Assembly: GCA_028023455.1 (NCBI GenBank) | Contig: JAQFVV010000003.1 | Location: 29,202,001 to 29,266,000, forward strand | Direction of reading: 5' to 3' | Length of the DNA stretch: 64,000 bases | Origin: Epiperipatus broadwayi | Lineage: Eukaryota > Animalia > Onychophora | Shown here: positions 1-11,599 of the stretch, in pieces | Numbering within the stretch: the first letter of the stretch is position 1 | Layout of the letters: each line of letters begins with the position of its first letter | Translations under genes and position numbers: made by a program | The notes under the pieces: generated by a model | Databases searched by the model: none | Told to the model about the DNA's origin: nothing | Seen by the model: only the letters and a program-made list of their open reading frames with translations

Positions 1-279
1 ATTCTAACAAATCACGGTATCCAAAATTGCATGCCAATATTTCAATAACAGCTTGATTATGTATAGATGATTGGATTACCAAATAGAACTGGATGTATTT
101 TATATATTATATGTAATCGCAACAACAATCAAATTCATTTACCTATTAATCTCTTGTCTGAATTTATCATAGAAAAATACAAAATATTTGATGCACACAG
201 AGGCAAGTATATGCATTAGTATATATATATGTAAGTGAAATTCTAAAAATTTTAATCAAGCCTGTAAATAAACTATGTA

Positions 280-1200
280 ATAATGATAATATAAATTTAT
301 TCATGTAACAACCAAATTCCAAAACATTATGATAATTTGCAAATCAGAGTCCCAAAGAAGCACTTAAATGATCTTGCAAATAATCCTCCTTTCTTATATC
401 AAAAAAAAAAAAAAAAGAAAGACTGTCATATCTCACCTTGCCTTCAGAAGTGGACTAGTCCAGACTCCTTCTTTATCTGATTGGATTGAGCATTTATTGC
501 TGCTAACCAGTGGATGTTTTAAACGTATAAGAGTAACACACAGCCATTGGTTAGTATGGACCAATAGGCAGTGACGCTCTCTGAATCTGATTGGTTCCAA
601 TAAGATTGGGGATCTGACAATAAATAGCTTTTTTAGAGGTAAAGAGAGAACGTCTGTTTAACCTCAGGAACGGTATGCATTATCCATTGAAACTACTGCT
701 AACAGTGAGTGTTTCCATTATAGCCATTCCTCTATAGGTCTATGCAGTGAGTCAAGTCCACAATAGGACTGGAAGCTTCTAAGACCAGACACGACTGAAG
801 GCAAGCTGTCTCATATAGCCGAAAGAGTCATTGGACAAACTTATCAGGCAGGCTATTACATATAGCTGGAAGTGAGTCAAGTCTTACAGGCATGACTGGC
901 CTTGTATTAATTGAGATTATATATGTGGCAGTATATTAATTGATATTGTACATTATGTAAATATATTTAATCTAATAAATCATATTAATTGAACTTCAGG
1001 TGGTCGTATATTTTGTTACTGCTGGTTTGAATCTGCAATCCAGATCAAACACAATTTTGTCCCATAATTAATTGACATTGACTATAAGAAAAAGGCATTA
1101 TTTGCAAGGTTATTTAAATGACTCCTTCTGAATCTGGGTTGCAAATTATCATTGTAACATTTTCAAACTTGGTTGTTCCATGGATAGATTTATATATAAT
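280..1200. repeat. Degenerate inverted-repeat pair (about 280-390 and 1090-1200) enclosing an LTR-like, GC-richer core
   Basis: The reverse complement of 1093-1200 aligns by eye with 283-387 (acaaccaa..., atgataatttgcaa..., ttaaat..cttgcaaataat). The core 424-930 has CCAAT-like boxes, AATAAA and a repeated gtgagtcaagtc. Confidence 0.5.
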
Positions 1201-4179
1201 GAATATGTAATCAACTTTTCTAGAAATAGTTATATAATTTTTAAGCTTATAAACAAAAAAAAAATTTAAGAGATTTATTTAAATATACTAACTTGTCAAT
1301 ATATAACATGCATTTTTTTTTTTCTAACCGAGAATGTAAAATTCAATAAAATATAAAAATTTAAGGACAGCTTTTGAAATTAATGTGTAAAACTTACATG
1401 TATTTTTGCCCTTTCTAACATTGCAGACAGTTCAATCCTTTCTGCAATGCTCAAATTTTCAGCCATTATGAATATTTTTTTATAATTATATAGTTGTTGA
1501 TAGTTTGCTATTTACATAAAGCCAAGCAAATACTATCAATTAGAACCATAATTTTTTAAAATGGATAATAGATTGGTACTATAAATAAAAAAGATCTCTC
1601 TATTTTTTTTCTTCTGTAATGTGAGAGAGCTTTAATGTAATATTGATTGTTTAAAATTTACTTTTTCAAAAATCTGAAAATATAATTTTACTGTTATGTC
1701 AATTGAGCTTGAGAGATTCATTTAGCTTTCAAATTGTATGATACTGATTAATTATACTTACATATGTGACAAATGATACTGCATGGTAATGGACAACACG
1801 GCTCTAATTCTTTTCTTATCGTAACTCTTAAAAAACAGAATAAGTAATAAAAATTACAAAAATAATAAGAATCACAGTAATAATTTTAACAAAAGAACAA
1901 ACCATATTTATAATATATTAAAAGTACTCAGAAAATTCTTAAGTCAAACCCTTTAGACAAAAAAAAAAAAACTGTCTCTGAACTAATTGCATATCTGCGA
2001 ATGAAATCTATCTTGGTTTTAAAATATACAACTGCCATGGTCTTTAATCATGATGAATGAAAATAATTTAAACTATGATACAATTTACATTAGATCATTG
2101 TACTCTTGAATTAAAATAAAGCAATCTATATGGGACCTTAAAGCAAAAAGTTTATTTGATATGCTCTCAATTACAACTTTCCTGCGAAAATAAGTTGTCA
2201 TAACAAATTCTATACAATGATAATTTTCAGTGTATTAGTGTCAGTTACTACAATCAGCAGAAAAAAGTTGTAAAAAAAAAAAAAATCATACAATTAATTG
2301 TGGAGAAAATCATGTGATATTTGAGATTTAACAGCAGATTAAACATGACTTTTAACTCAAACTCATTGAATAAAGTGAGATTTTTTGACTTTAGTCAACT
2401 CATTCAAGAATCTTTAGATTATTGAATCCACTACTCTAATTTTGTGTTAAGCCACACAAACTATAAATACTTCTAAATGTGCAAATATATTATCAAATAA
2501 CAAATATCTGGATAATTTTAATCATATCAATATAACAGATATTACTAATTATTACTATTATTGTTATTATGGTTACAAATAATGTTATTGAAGTGATACT
2601 AATATTAATGATAATATTACCTTATAAGATGAATTATTAAATTGATCCAAGATGTCTTTTTGTACATATTTTAGAAATACAGCATTTTTGAATATGTATA
2701 TCAAATTTTTTTTATTGCAGTTTATATTTCTTAACTATAAGTATGTACTCATAACAAGATAACAATTTCAAAAAGAACCAATTTAATAATTATGAGATTT
2801 AATGTCAAAACTAACAATTAATATAATAAATTTGATCAGAATGGAAAGTTGAATACTGGATACACTATACAGTTTTACATACATTAACCTGAAAGAAAGA
2901 TCAATGAAGCAAACTATAGTATTGTCTATATGGCTGCCTCTATGCACAGTAGTCCAAAATCTAACATCTCAAAAAAAAAGTTTTTTTTTTGTTTATTATC
3001 AATTCAATTACAACTGGTATTTTATTTATTTTATTACAATGATGCGGAAGCTTTTTTTATACCAATATACAATTCTTTTTTAAGTATAGACCAAAATAAA
3101 CAATGAAACAATAAGCAGGATATTAACTTTGACAGTAATAAATAATGAAAGCAAAGTGAAAATAATGACCAGATTTAGTTTAGTTTTTATTTGCATGCTG
3201 GTTGTCATAAAAAAATTGTTTCATCCATAAGATCACAAAGCAATGTGAAAATCAGAAAGTATAAAAATAAAGCAGAAGTTGACACCCAATCACATGCTAA
3301 CTGCAAAAGATATCATAATGAAAAGAGATTTGAATAAAACATTTGGTGGGCCTTGCTTAATATCAAATAAACTTCACAACATTGTCCATGCAAAGATCAG
3401 TGTAGTCGAGCTGAAATAGACTGGTTATACAGAAAGATAATAACAGAGATATATGCAATAGAAATTGGCTGAATCATAACCAATAATACTCCCATCATAA
3501 GGTGAATGGTAAATCAAAGAATGACATACCCTAGACCTCAATCATTACCAAGATAGAGAGTAACAGAACTGCATGTTCAGTAGGGACTTTAGGCATTGAC
3601 AATTATTGAGATACACAAATAGATATTTGCATCTGTTTGATGTTAATAGGATATTTTTTTATTATATAAATGCTACTAGTCATAATAGGCAGCTGCTTCT
3701 GATGCTTATACAAATTTTTTTGAATGATAAGTCTATTGTTACTTTTCAAAGAATATTGCACAAAGTCATATATTGTATATACTGTATTTCCTAATAATGT
3801 TCCAATAATTTTCTTGGCCTGTTGAATGTCCAAGCCTTTTAACCATTGAACATATACTTTAATAGGCAATTGTTGCAAGCATCCCTTAAATCCCAACCAA
3901 AGACACAGAATTATGAAATCAGATAAATGTTGAGAGGTAAAATATCTTCTAGAACAAAATTATGTGACACTTTATATAATAGTCACCAAATTAGTGATTG
4001 CTTTACCATCTCATCAATTTAACTAATGGATCAATCTGAAAATTAAATATGTTACTTAAATATTATTAATAAATTACTTTAGCTTATTTTTGTATATAGA
4101 TGTTCATTGTAACTAATATCTTTCATTTGCTGGTCTTTCACAAATTTGTTAAATATTAGCAACCATAACAAATATTTAC

Positions 4180-4314
4180 CTTTCGTTCAGAGATCACTCG
4201 ATGCTTTTTAAGATTAGCAATAACTGAACGTAACATATTATCAGGATATTGTTTAAACAACTTATGAAGCTGGTAAAGACAAGATCCATTTTTATCAGGA
4301 TTGTGCAAAGAACT
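4180..4314 (-). CDS. GTF3C1: GTF3C1 (TFIIIC largest subunit) internal exon: SSLHNPDKNGSCLYQLHKLFKQYPDNMLRSVIANLKKHRVISERK
   Basis: 135-bp phase 0/0 exon with ttttag acceptor and gtaaat donor. Resembles the remembered human GTF3C1 segment STLALSD...FRLYREYKDHVLVKAF...KRSLVNRRR and is colinear with the other exons. Confidence 0.9.
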
Positions 4315-4392
4315 CTAAAACGAGAAAATAATTATTAATGAAGATTTTAATTAATTCAATTTATTTTTTAATCAATAATATTAATAACTTAC

Positions 4393-4555
4393 AAAAATTA
4401 GATTATGAAGAACACTGCAATGAATGTCTACAATGTTTTTAATGTCGGTGTATGGAGATTTGACTTTATTTAATCCAGATGTCACTATAGTATAATTCTG
4501 GTTCAATTCTTCCAAGGTAGAAGGAAGTATACATTTGCAAGTATTTACAGAATTT
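4393..4555 (-). CDS. GTF3C1: GTF3C1 internal exon: NSVNTCKCILPSTLEELNQNYTIV...KNIVDIHCSVLHNLIF
   Basis: 163-bp phase 2/0 exon with tatag acceptor and gtaagt donor. LPSTLEEL and VDIH..VLHNLI match remembered human IPDTLQEL and VDDIHFLVLQNLI. Confidence 0.92.
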
Positions 4556-7500
4556 CTATATATATAAAAAAAGACAATACATACATTATACATACATATT
4601 TATCAATATTGAATCATATATAGATTTCTTTATATATAGGTATATCAGCAAAGCAAAATCCTCTCCCACAGCACCTTATAGAGGAATAATGAAGAAGGTC
4701 TTACCAAGCTTTCCAATCTCTGGATGGTCAGAGTTTAGATGGTTTTTCATTCTTCTTTTATCTATTAACTAATGATGATTAAAAACTTGTTTACTTATAA
4801 ATACTGGATAGTTTTGATGATATGTTGACTAAAAACTGACTACCTGAAAAAAAAATTGTCTAACTAAAATCTAAAAATAAAGTTCAAACCCAGATCATAG
4901 CATAGTAGGTGGATGCACTACCTCTGTATCATGATGCTCCTTTATGTGCCATATATATTCAAATTGTTACACTATTAAATAAAGTTATTACATCACATTA
5001 TTTCCTGTGTTGTTTAATGCAATCATAAAATCAAGATTCCTGTATCTATTCCCAGATGAGAAATAAAAGAAAAAAAAACCTTGTTCAGGAAAGGTTGAAC
5101 TAGTGCACACAGTTTATTATTTTCGTATTTGAACATTATTTAGTAGATTCCAATATGCACCATAAGATTCAAGTGTAAATTTGTATTTCAAAGCACAGTG
5201 ATATAAAGACTGTTCTAATTTGTTTTTTTCTGCACTTAAAGGCAATAATTAATCTACTTCAATAATATTACTTCAATTCTTCATCTAAGCAAGAATAATC
5301 AGTGAATGTCAAACTGATCTCTAAACTAGTTTCAAACTATCTAAATAGAATGAGTCTGAAGAGCAATTTGGCACTAAAGAATTGAACAGTTGGTTATTTG
5401 GAAGGTCCTATAATGTTTGAGCATCAGAAGTGATAGACTGAGTTTCAATCCAAAAATCTTTACTTCTTGAGTTCATTTAGCAATGACAATCAAAATATTA
5501 AGCAACCACTCTGGTAAATTTAACCATCTCCCCTTTGTATAAGTGATTAAAATAAACCAGAAATAAATGAGACTTAAAAATTATTACTGACAATTTTTTT
5601 TTTAAAAAAAAAAAACATGATAGAAAAATAAAAAAAGACAATTTTGACACGTCTTGACAAATTTATACCACCCCATTGAGGATTATATATACAAATGTCA
5701 GATAAAAAGAATGATTTGATAAAAAGGGCATTTCTTATTTAGATACTGATTTTTGACTATCCGTTATGTCAAAATAAATTTTATAAAATATAGGCATGAA
5801 ATTGACAAAATTTATTACAATTATTTCCAAATATTTTTTTATTTTCTGATTTTTTTTTTCAATAAAAATAATAAGCCATTCTACTTTTGTTTGAAGTACT
5901 CTATTTAATTGTTTTAATATTTCAAAAATATAAATATTTATTTTTAATTTCATTATTATTACCATTAATAGTTTCCATTTGATGATCTGATTGTGATTTA
6001 TCAAATTATGAATCAGTAATACAAACTGGACATTGGTCTACAACAATTTAAAAACTATCTGGTTTGTTATACTTCACTGAAATGCTAAAAAAACTTCTCA
6101 AACTAAGCTGCCATTTATGACGTGAACAATAACCTCTTCATTTATGATTACACAACAACTGTTTATCACTGAAATCTTTTAAAAAAGTTATACAAAATAA
6201 ATTGCTGGATGGAGGTTGCCTTAACCTAATACTGTGTTAAATTGGAAATGACATAAAAGTGACATATGAAATTCGGAATAATTTAGTTCATATAGATGAT
6301 AGTGGAAGCTTCACATTATTGCAATTATTTGGTGTCAAAAAGTAGAATATATATATATACAGTCAGGGTCGAAATAATCAAACCAATCCATCTTTTTTTT
6401 TTAGTTTTTTCAATGCTTATTTTATTAAAACTGAGGGTCACATTGTTCACTGCTACATGTGATATAAAAATAATAAATTAATACAATCTAATCTACAAGT
6501 CTTTATTCAGGTGTGTGAAGATTATGTGGTAGAATAAAAGTGTTAAGTATATATAAAACTAATAATCTATTTTTGGAAAGTTTGTGATGATGACACTTTA
6601 CTTGTGATTATATATTGAACTATTTCCATAATTTAGAATTAATTGTTAAATATCTCTAGAAAATTTGAAACTTTAAACTTTTCAAATAAGCACCAGGTTA
6701 GTAAATAATACAAGATTTCTATTGGTATTATTTTCCTCTCTTCTCCAAACATTTCTGGCCTGATCAGTGACAGCACTAGCATGGAATGAGAATCTGGAAT
6801 CTTCAAATTCATAAATAATGAATTTAAGCTGATATTCTAACTAATTAGGCTATTCTGACTAAATGATGAAAATAGTACAAGATGTTAATCACAAATAAGA
6901 ATTTACATTTGTATAAGTATTAAGCAACTATAATGGAAGCTTGGTTGAATATCATCATTGATCCCATTACTTTGCAGTTAGTGATATATAGTCTGTGAGT
7001 AGTCACTGAAGAATTTTGAAAGTGATAAAATTTTCATGAAATTTAGGCATAACAATATAAAAAATTGTTGTTGTTGTTTTTTTTATAGTAAAAAATAAAT
7101 AATGAATATAAATAATGTATCTTGTTTTTATAATAATCTAATAATAGACATATTGCGAAATATTATCTGTAATAAAACAAATGATGTCCCATCATAAAAC
7201 TAAATTAATAGCATTCATATTTCAGCAGTAGTTTTGGGGTATTTCTTGTTTCCTGTTCTATTTAACTTCCACCACTTCTAAGTTAAAAAAAATTAAGATG
7301 TGTTGTGTTTTTTGAAACTTGGTGATACAGAGTATTCTGCTTGTGTTTTAAAATTTTTTATTAAGTTCATTTAGATACACTGGTAGTTAATTACATATTT
7401 CAATTATCACCCCTGCATATTAATAAATATGTAGTTGATATTTTTAATTCTAACATCTTTCTAAATAAATAAAAAAACAAAACAATAATTAATTGACTTT

Positions 7501-8312
7501 TACATGATGAAAAATTACACACTCAATTTAAATTACAAACTTGATAAAAATTTTGATAGTTGATTGGGAAGTATTATTCTAAACAAAAAGGCACTAAAAG
7601 TTTCAATTGAATTTGTATCAACAAACTTATGTGAAACTGGTTTCTTTCATCAATCATGATTAGATTCAGAGAATGATTTACAACTCTCAATCTCTAATAA
7701 TATTATGAGTTCTACTAAGTAAATTTCATATTAATTATTAAATTTCTTTTTTATTAAATTTATTGAAATTTTATTTTCATTTATTTTTCATTTATACAAT
7801 TTAAGTAAATTTATGTGTTTCATTATATTTCTCAACAAGACCAAAATTTTTAGGTGTTACATAAAAATTTTGTTGAAAAAAAGGAATTTCATATAAAACA
7901 GATTGTGTGCCACTGTTCTATATCACCAAGTTAAACTGCAAAAAACTGTTTATCTCTCTCTTTCTGGCATCTGCTCATTACCCATGCTAAATGAATGACT
8001 CACAAATAAAAAGATACTGTAAAATGGATTAGTATTTTTATACAGTATATCTAATAATTGAATTACATGAATATTATTCAAAGTTATTATATAAGATTTA
8101 CATGACTTATAACTGTTTAGAAAATAAATTCATAAATGATTAAAAATTTCAATGTTGGTATTAGCCAATCAAATAGTGCCTGTAATAAACGTATATCAAT
8201 GTTTTTTTTTTGTAATATTCTCCAGTGACTAGATTTGTTGCACAGTAATTTATTGTTCTATCTTTACCACATGTAGGATAATATAGCTAAAACAAAACAA
8301 GACTATACTTAC

Positions 8313-8515
8313 AACCGCATGAAAAAATTATAATATTGCATTTGTGTTTCTGATGTTGCTAGGATATCGCTGAAACAACAACAATAAAGATACTTATAAT
8401 TGTATGGACGAACTGTAATATTGCATTTATATTTCTGATTGCTATCACATTCAAAATCCAAGTTTTCCAATGTATATACAATATAACATTTAAAATACTT
8501 CTGATGAATCATCTC
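8313..8515 (-). CDS. GTF3C1: Probable GTF3C1 internal exon: EMIHQKYFKC...DILATSETQMQYYNFFMR(L)
   Basis: 203-bp stop-free frame with ttatag acceptor and gtaagt donor. Phase 0 start fits the QDK exon and phase 2 end fits the next exon. Similarity is weak and it is longer than the remembered human segment. Confidence 0.6.
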
Positions 8516-8884
8516 CTATAATAACAATATGATGAAATAATATTATAGAGTAATGTAAGCAATTGCAAATTATCACCAAAAATAATCAAGATTTATTGGT
8601 TAGTTATAGCAGTCAATGACCTAGATACCTACGTTTACTTTCAGTTTGATAACACTTTTTGGAAAACAATGATAAAAAGGTCATGTGATATTGAATATCA
8701 AATAAAGTTAAATCTAGAATTTAATAGAATTTAATTAGCCAAACATCATAAAAATTTGAGAAAAAAAATGACTGTCTGAGAATTCATGACAGTAGAATAA
8801 AATTCTTCTTAGAGCTGATTTTATCAATTTTTATTAATTTTTAATCAATATAATTGCAGTATTCAAGGTCAAGGTATAAACATA

Positions 8885-9470
8885 TATAATGTATAATGAA
8901 TATGTAAATAATAATTGTATAAATATAACGAATATGTAAAACAATAATAATAATTGTATAAATGTAGAATAAAAGTAATAACTGTAATGTATAATAAATA
9001 TGTAAAATAACTGTATAGTAATTAAGTATAACGATTGTGTAAAATTGCAATGTTGTTAAATCATAGAAAGTTGTATAATAATAGAAAGCCCAGCTGACCT
9101 TATAGGGTCAGAAAACTATGTAAAATACCATATATGATGAGAAATGTAAAAATACTGCGTGTATGTGAAAACATATGTAAAAGCACCATATATGGTTAGG
9201 AATGTAAAAGACTCCAGAAGTCTTGAGGGGTATATAAACCTCCATAACCTAATCTAATTTTTTTGAGTTTTAATTATGAGTCAGAGACTCCTGCCTCTGT
9301 AAGTCCAAAGCAAGACTAGGGTATTTATATTCAGGTCACCACAACCTTTTATTATTTTATTACGCCTTATAATAGGCCATGCATATAGTTAAAATTATTC
9401 GTATTAAACTATAATCTTACCATCTCAATTCTGCCTTTGTCCATTTATTTACTTGCTGGTCATAAGACAC
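8885..9470. mobile_element. Possible solo LTR remnant
   Basis: Short internal aatatgtaaaa repeats, a gggtatataaacc TATA-like box and a composition shift. No TSD identified. Confidence 0.3.
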
Positions 9471-10022
9471 AGCAATAATATTAATAAATTATGCAATTAA
9501 TGCATTATAAAATATATCTTAAAATATTATAAATGAAAGCATTTAAGCACCCTTTACTAGCTTATTATTTAATTAAAATATAGGATATGTTACACATATT
9601 TCATATAATTTTTACATCATTGAAATGATCTACTTTCAAAAACAAAATAATTGATCTGTATCAATTTACTTCACACTGTATTTGTAATTATAAATATCAA
9701 TATGGCTTTAATGATGCTCTTTAGTATTTGACAACAAAAAATATGCTAAATTGGGGGGTAAAATATTAAAGATTGTTTCAACATTATGTTCCAATGAAAA
9801 TCTTTTGCAAAATATGGCAAATAGAGATTATTCATCAATTGTGCTATCATACAAATAATAATAATAATATCACATGATCACATTTCCTATACTAGCACAT
9901 TAATTGTTGATAAACAGAGCAAAACTCTCCATACAGTATTGCCACCTGTGCTAAACAGAGTAATCAATGGATGCCAGAAGGCTTGTGCATAAAATCCCTA
10001 TCCAATGCCTACCCATCCAATA

Positions 10023-10064
10023 TCCCCAGACTAGTTTCTGGCTTGTGGCCTTCGTCAGTGAGGA
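10023..10064 (-). ncRNA. Minimal type-I hammerhead ribozyme, unit 1
   Basis: Minus strand reads TCCTCA CTGACGA A GGC-CACAA-GCC A GAAA CTAG TC/ TGGGGA: 6-bp stem I, CUGANGA core, stem II, GAAA, palindromic ACTAGT stem III and a GUC triplet. Confidence 0.8.
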
Positions 10065-10478
10065 GCTTTGGATCTGAGAGCACTGCATCTAGATTTTAGG
10101 ATCTAATGCAACCCTCTAGCAACCACCTTTTATCTCTACTTAACTACAAAACTATGAGAATGAAATTGAAAACACAAAAAATATTTTCAATCTAAGCTCA
10201 ATAGCTTATATAGTCATATGGGTCTGAACTCAGTTCAGCACCCATACATTTTGGTGTCTTTGGCTCTTTTACAACCATAGCCACCACTATCCTATTAGGC
10301 AGGATTGGTGTTAAACCATTAAGCATCACATGATCACATTTCCTATACTAGCACATTAATTGTTGATAAACAGAGCAAAACTCTCCATACAGTATTGCCA
10401 CCTGTGCTAAACAGAGTAATCAATGGATGCCAGAAGGCTTGTGCATAAAATCCCTATCCAATGCCTACTCATCCAATA

Positions 10479-10520
10479 TCCCCAGACTAGTTTCTGGCTT
10501 GTGGCCTTCGTCAGTGAGGA
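10479..10520 (-). ncRNA. Minimal type-I hammerhead ribozyme, unit 2
   Basis: Identical 42-nt motif to unit 1. Confidence 0.8.
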
Positions 10521-10930
10521 GCTTTGGATCTGAGAGCACTGCATCTAGATTTTAGGATCTAATGCAACCCTCTAGCAACCACCTTTTATCTCTACTTAAC
10601 TACAAAACTATGAGAATGAAATAACACAAAAAATATTTTCAATCTAAGCTCAATAGCTTATATAGTCATATGGGTCTGAACTCAGTTCAGCACCCATACA
10701 TTTTGGTGTCTTTGGCTCTTTTACAACCATAGCCACCACTATCCTATTAGGCAGGATTGGTGTTAAACCATTAAGCATCACATGATCACATTTCCTATAC
10801 TAGCACATTAATTGTTGATAAACAGAGCAAAACTCTCCATACAGTATTGCCACCTGTGCTAAACAGAGTAATCAATGGATGCCAGAAGGCTTGTGCATAA
10901 AACCCCTATCCAATGCCTACTCATCCAATA

Positions 10931-10972
10931 TCCCCAGACTAGTTTCTGGCCTGTGGCCTTCGTTAGTGAGGA
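10931..10972 (-). ncRNA. Hammerhead motif, unit 3, with a core mutation (CTAACGA)
   Basis: Same fold with a GGCC-ACA-GGCC stem II, but G to A in the CUGA core, so probably inactive. Confidence 0.65.
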
Positions 10973-11599
10973 GCTTTGGATCTGAGAGCACTGCATCTAG
11001 ATCTTAGGATCTAATGCAACCCTCTAGCAACCGCCTTTTATCTCTACTTAACTACAAAACTATGAGAATGAAAATACTGTATGGAGAGTTTTGCTTTGTT
11101 TATCAATAATAATAATAATTGAGCAATGTACAATTTATGAAATAATTCTTTAATGAAAAGTCTTTTATCTATGTATGTCAAATTGTATATACTATAAATA
11201 TTGTTTCATATAATTAATAAAGTTTATCTTAATTATATATAAAAAAAAAGACATTATGTAATAGCCAAAATTTAAAATATGAATTATGATACAATTCAAG
11301 GTTTATAAGATTAGTTTCGGAGCAACCCATTTCATTAGCTGCACCAAGTCCCAATATTATTAAATACATATCAGAATAGACTTGAATTTTATTTATATTA
11401 AACAGACTTCCTTTGTTTATTTCAAAGTATGAAAGATAAAAAACAGAACTATTAAATACGATACTCTATATTGTTAACAAGCAAATATCTAGTTATTTTC
11501 TTTATATATATATATTCTCATTTTACAAAGAAATGATTTTTATATGCAAATACTAGTAAGAATTTTTGACAGATCACACTTTCTAGATGTCACATTAGT

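Larger units (their letters stand above)
9871..11110 (-). mobile_element. Penelope-like/retrozyme tandem array: about 2.65 units of 452-456 bp plus a 38-bp inverted terminal piece
   Basis: Near-identical units start at 9871, 10327 and 10779. 11073-11110 is the reverse complement of the unit's gataaacagagcaaaactctccatacagtat segment. Inserted in an (AAT)n tract; one hammerhead motif per unit. Confidence 0.85.

Noticed and set aside
368-574. Short ORF-track ORFs in non-TE intronic DNA (this one and most others of 60-100 aa)
   Set aside because: Composition reflects AT-rich noncoding DNA or the antisense of TEs; no motifs or splice support.
3603-3896. 97-aa minus-strand ORF just downstream of the last GTF3C1 exon found
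   Set aside because: It does not resemble the expected next GTF3C1 segment and I could not assign it; possibly a TE remnant.
9871-11110. Tandem repeats considered as a CRISPR array or simple satellite
   Set aside because: Eukaryotic context, no unique spacers, and the ribozyme plus inverted end indicate a retroelement-derived array.
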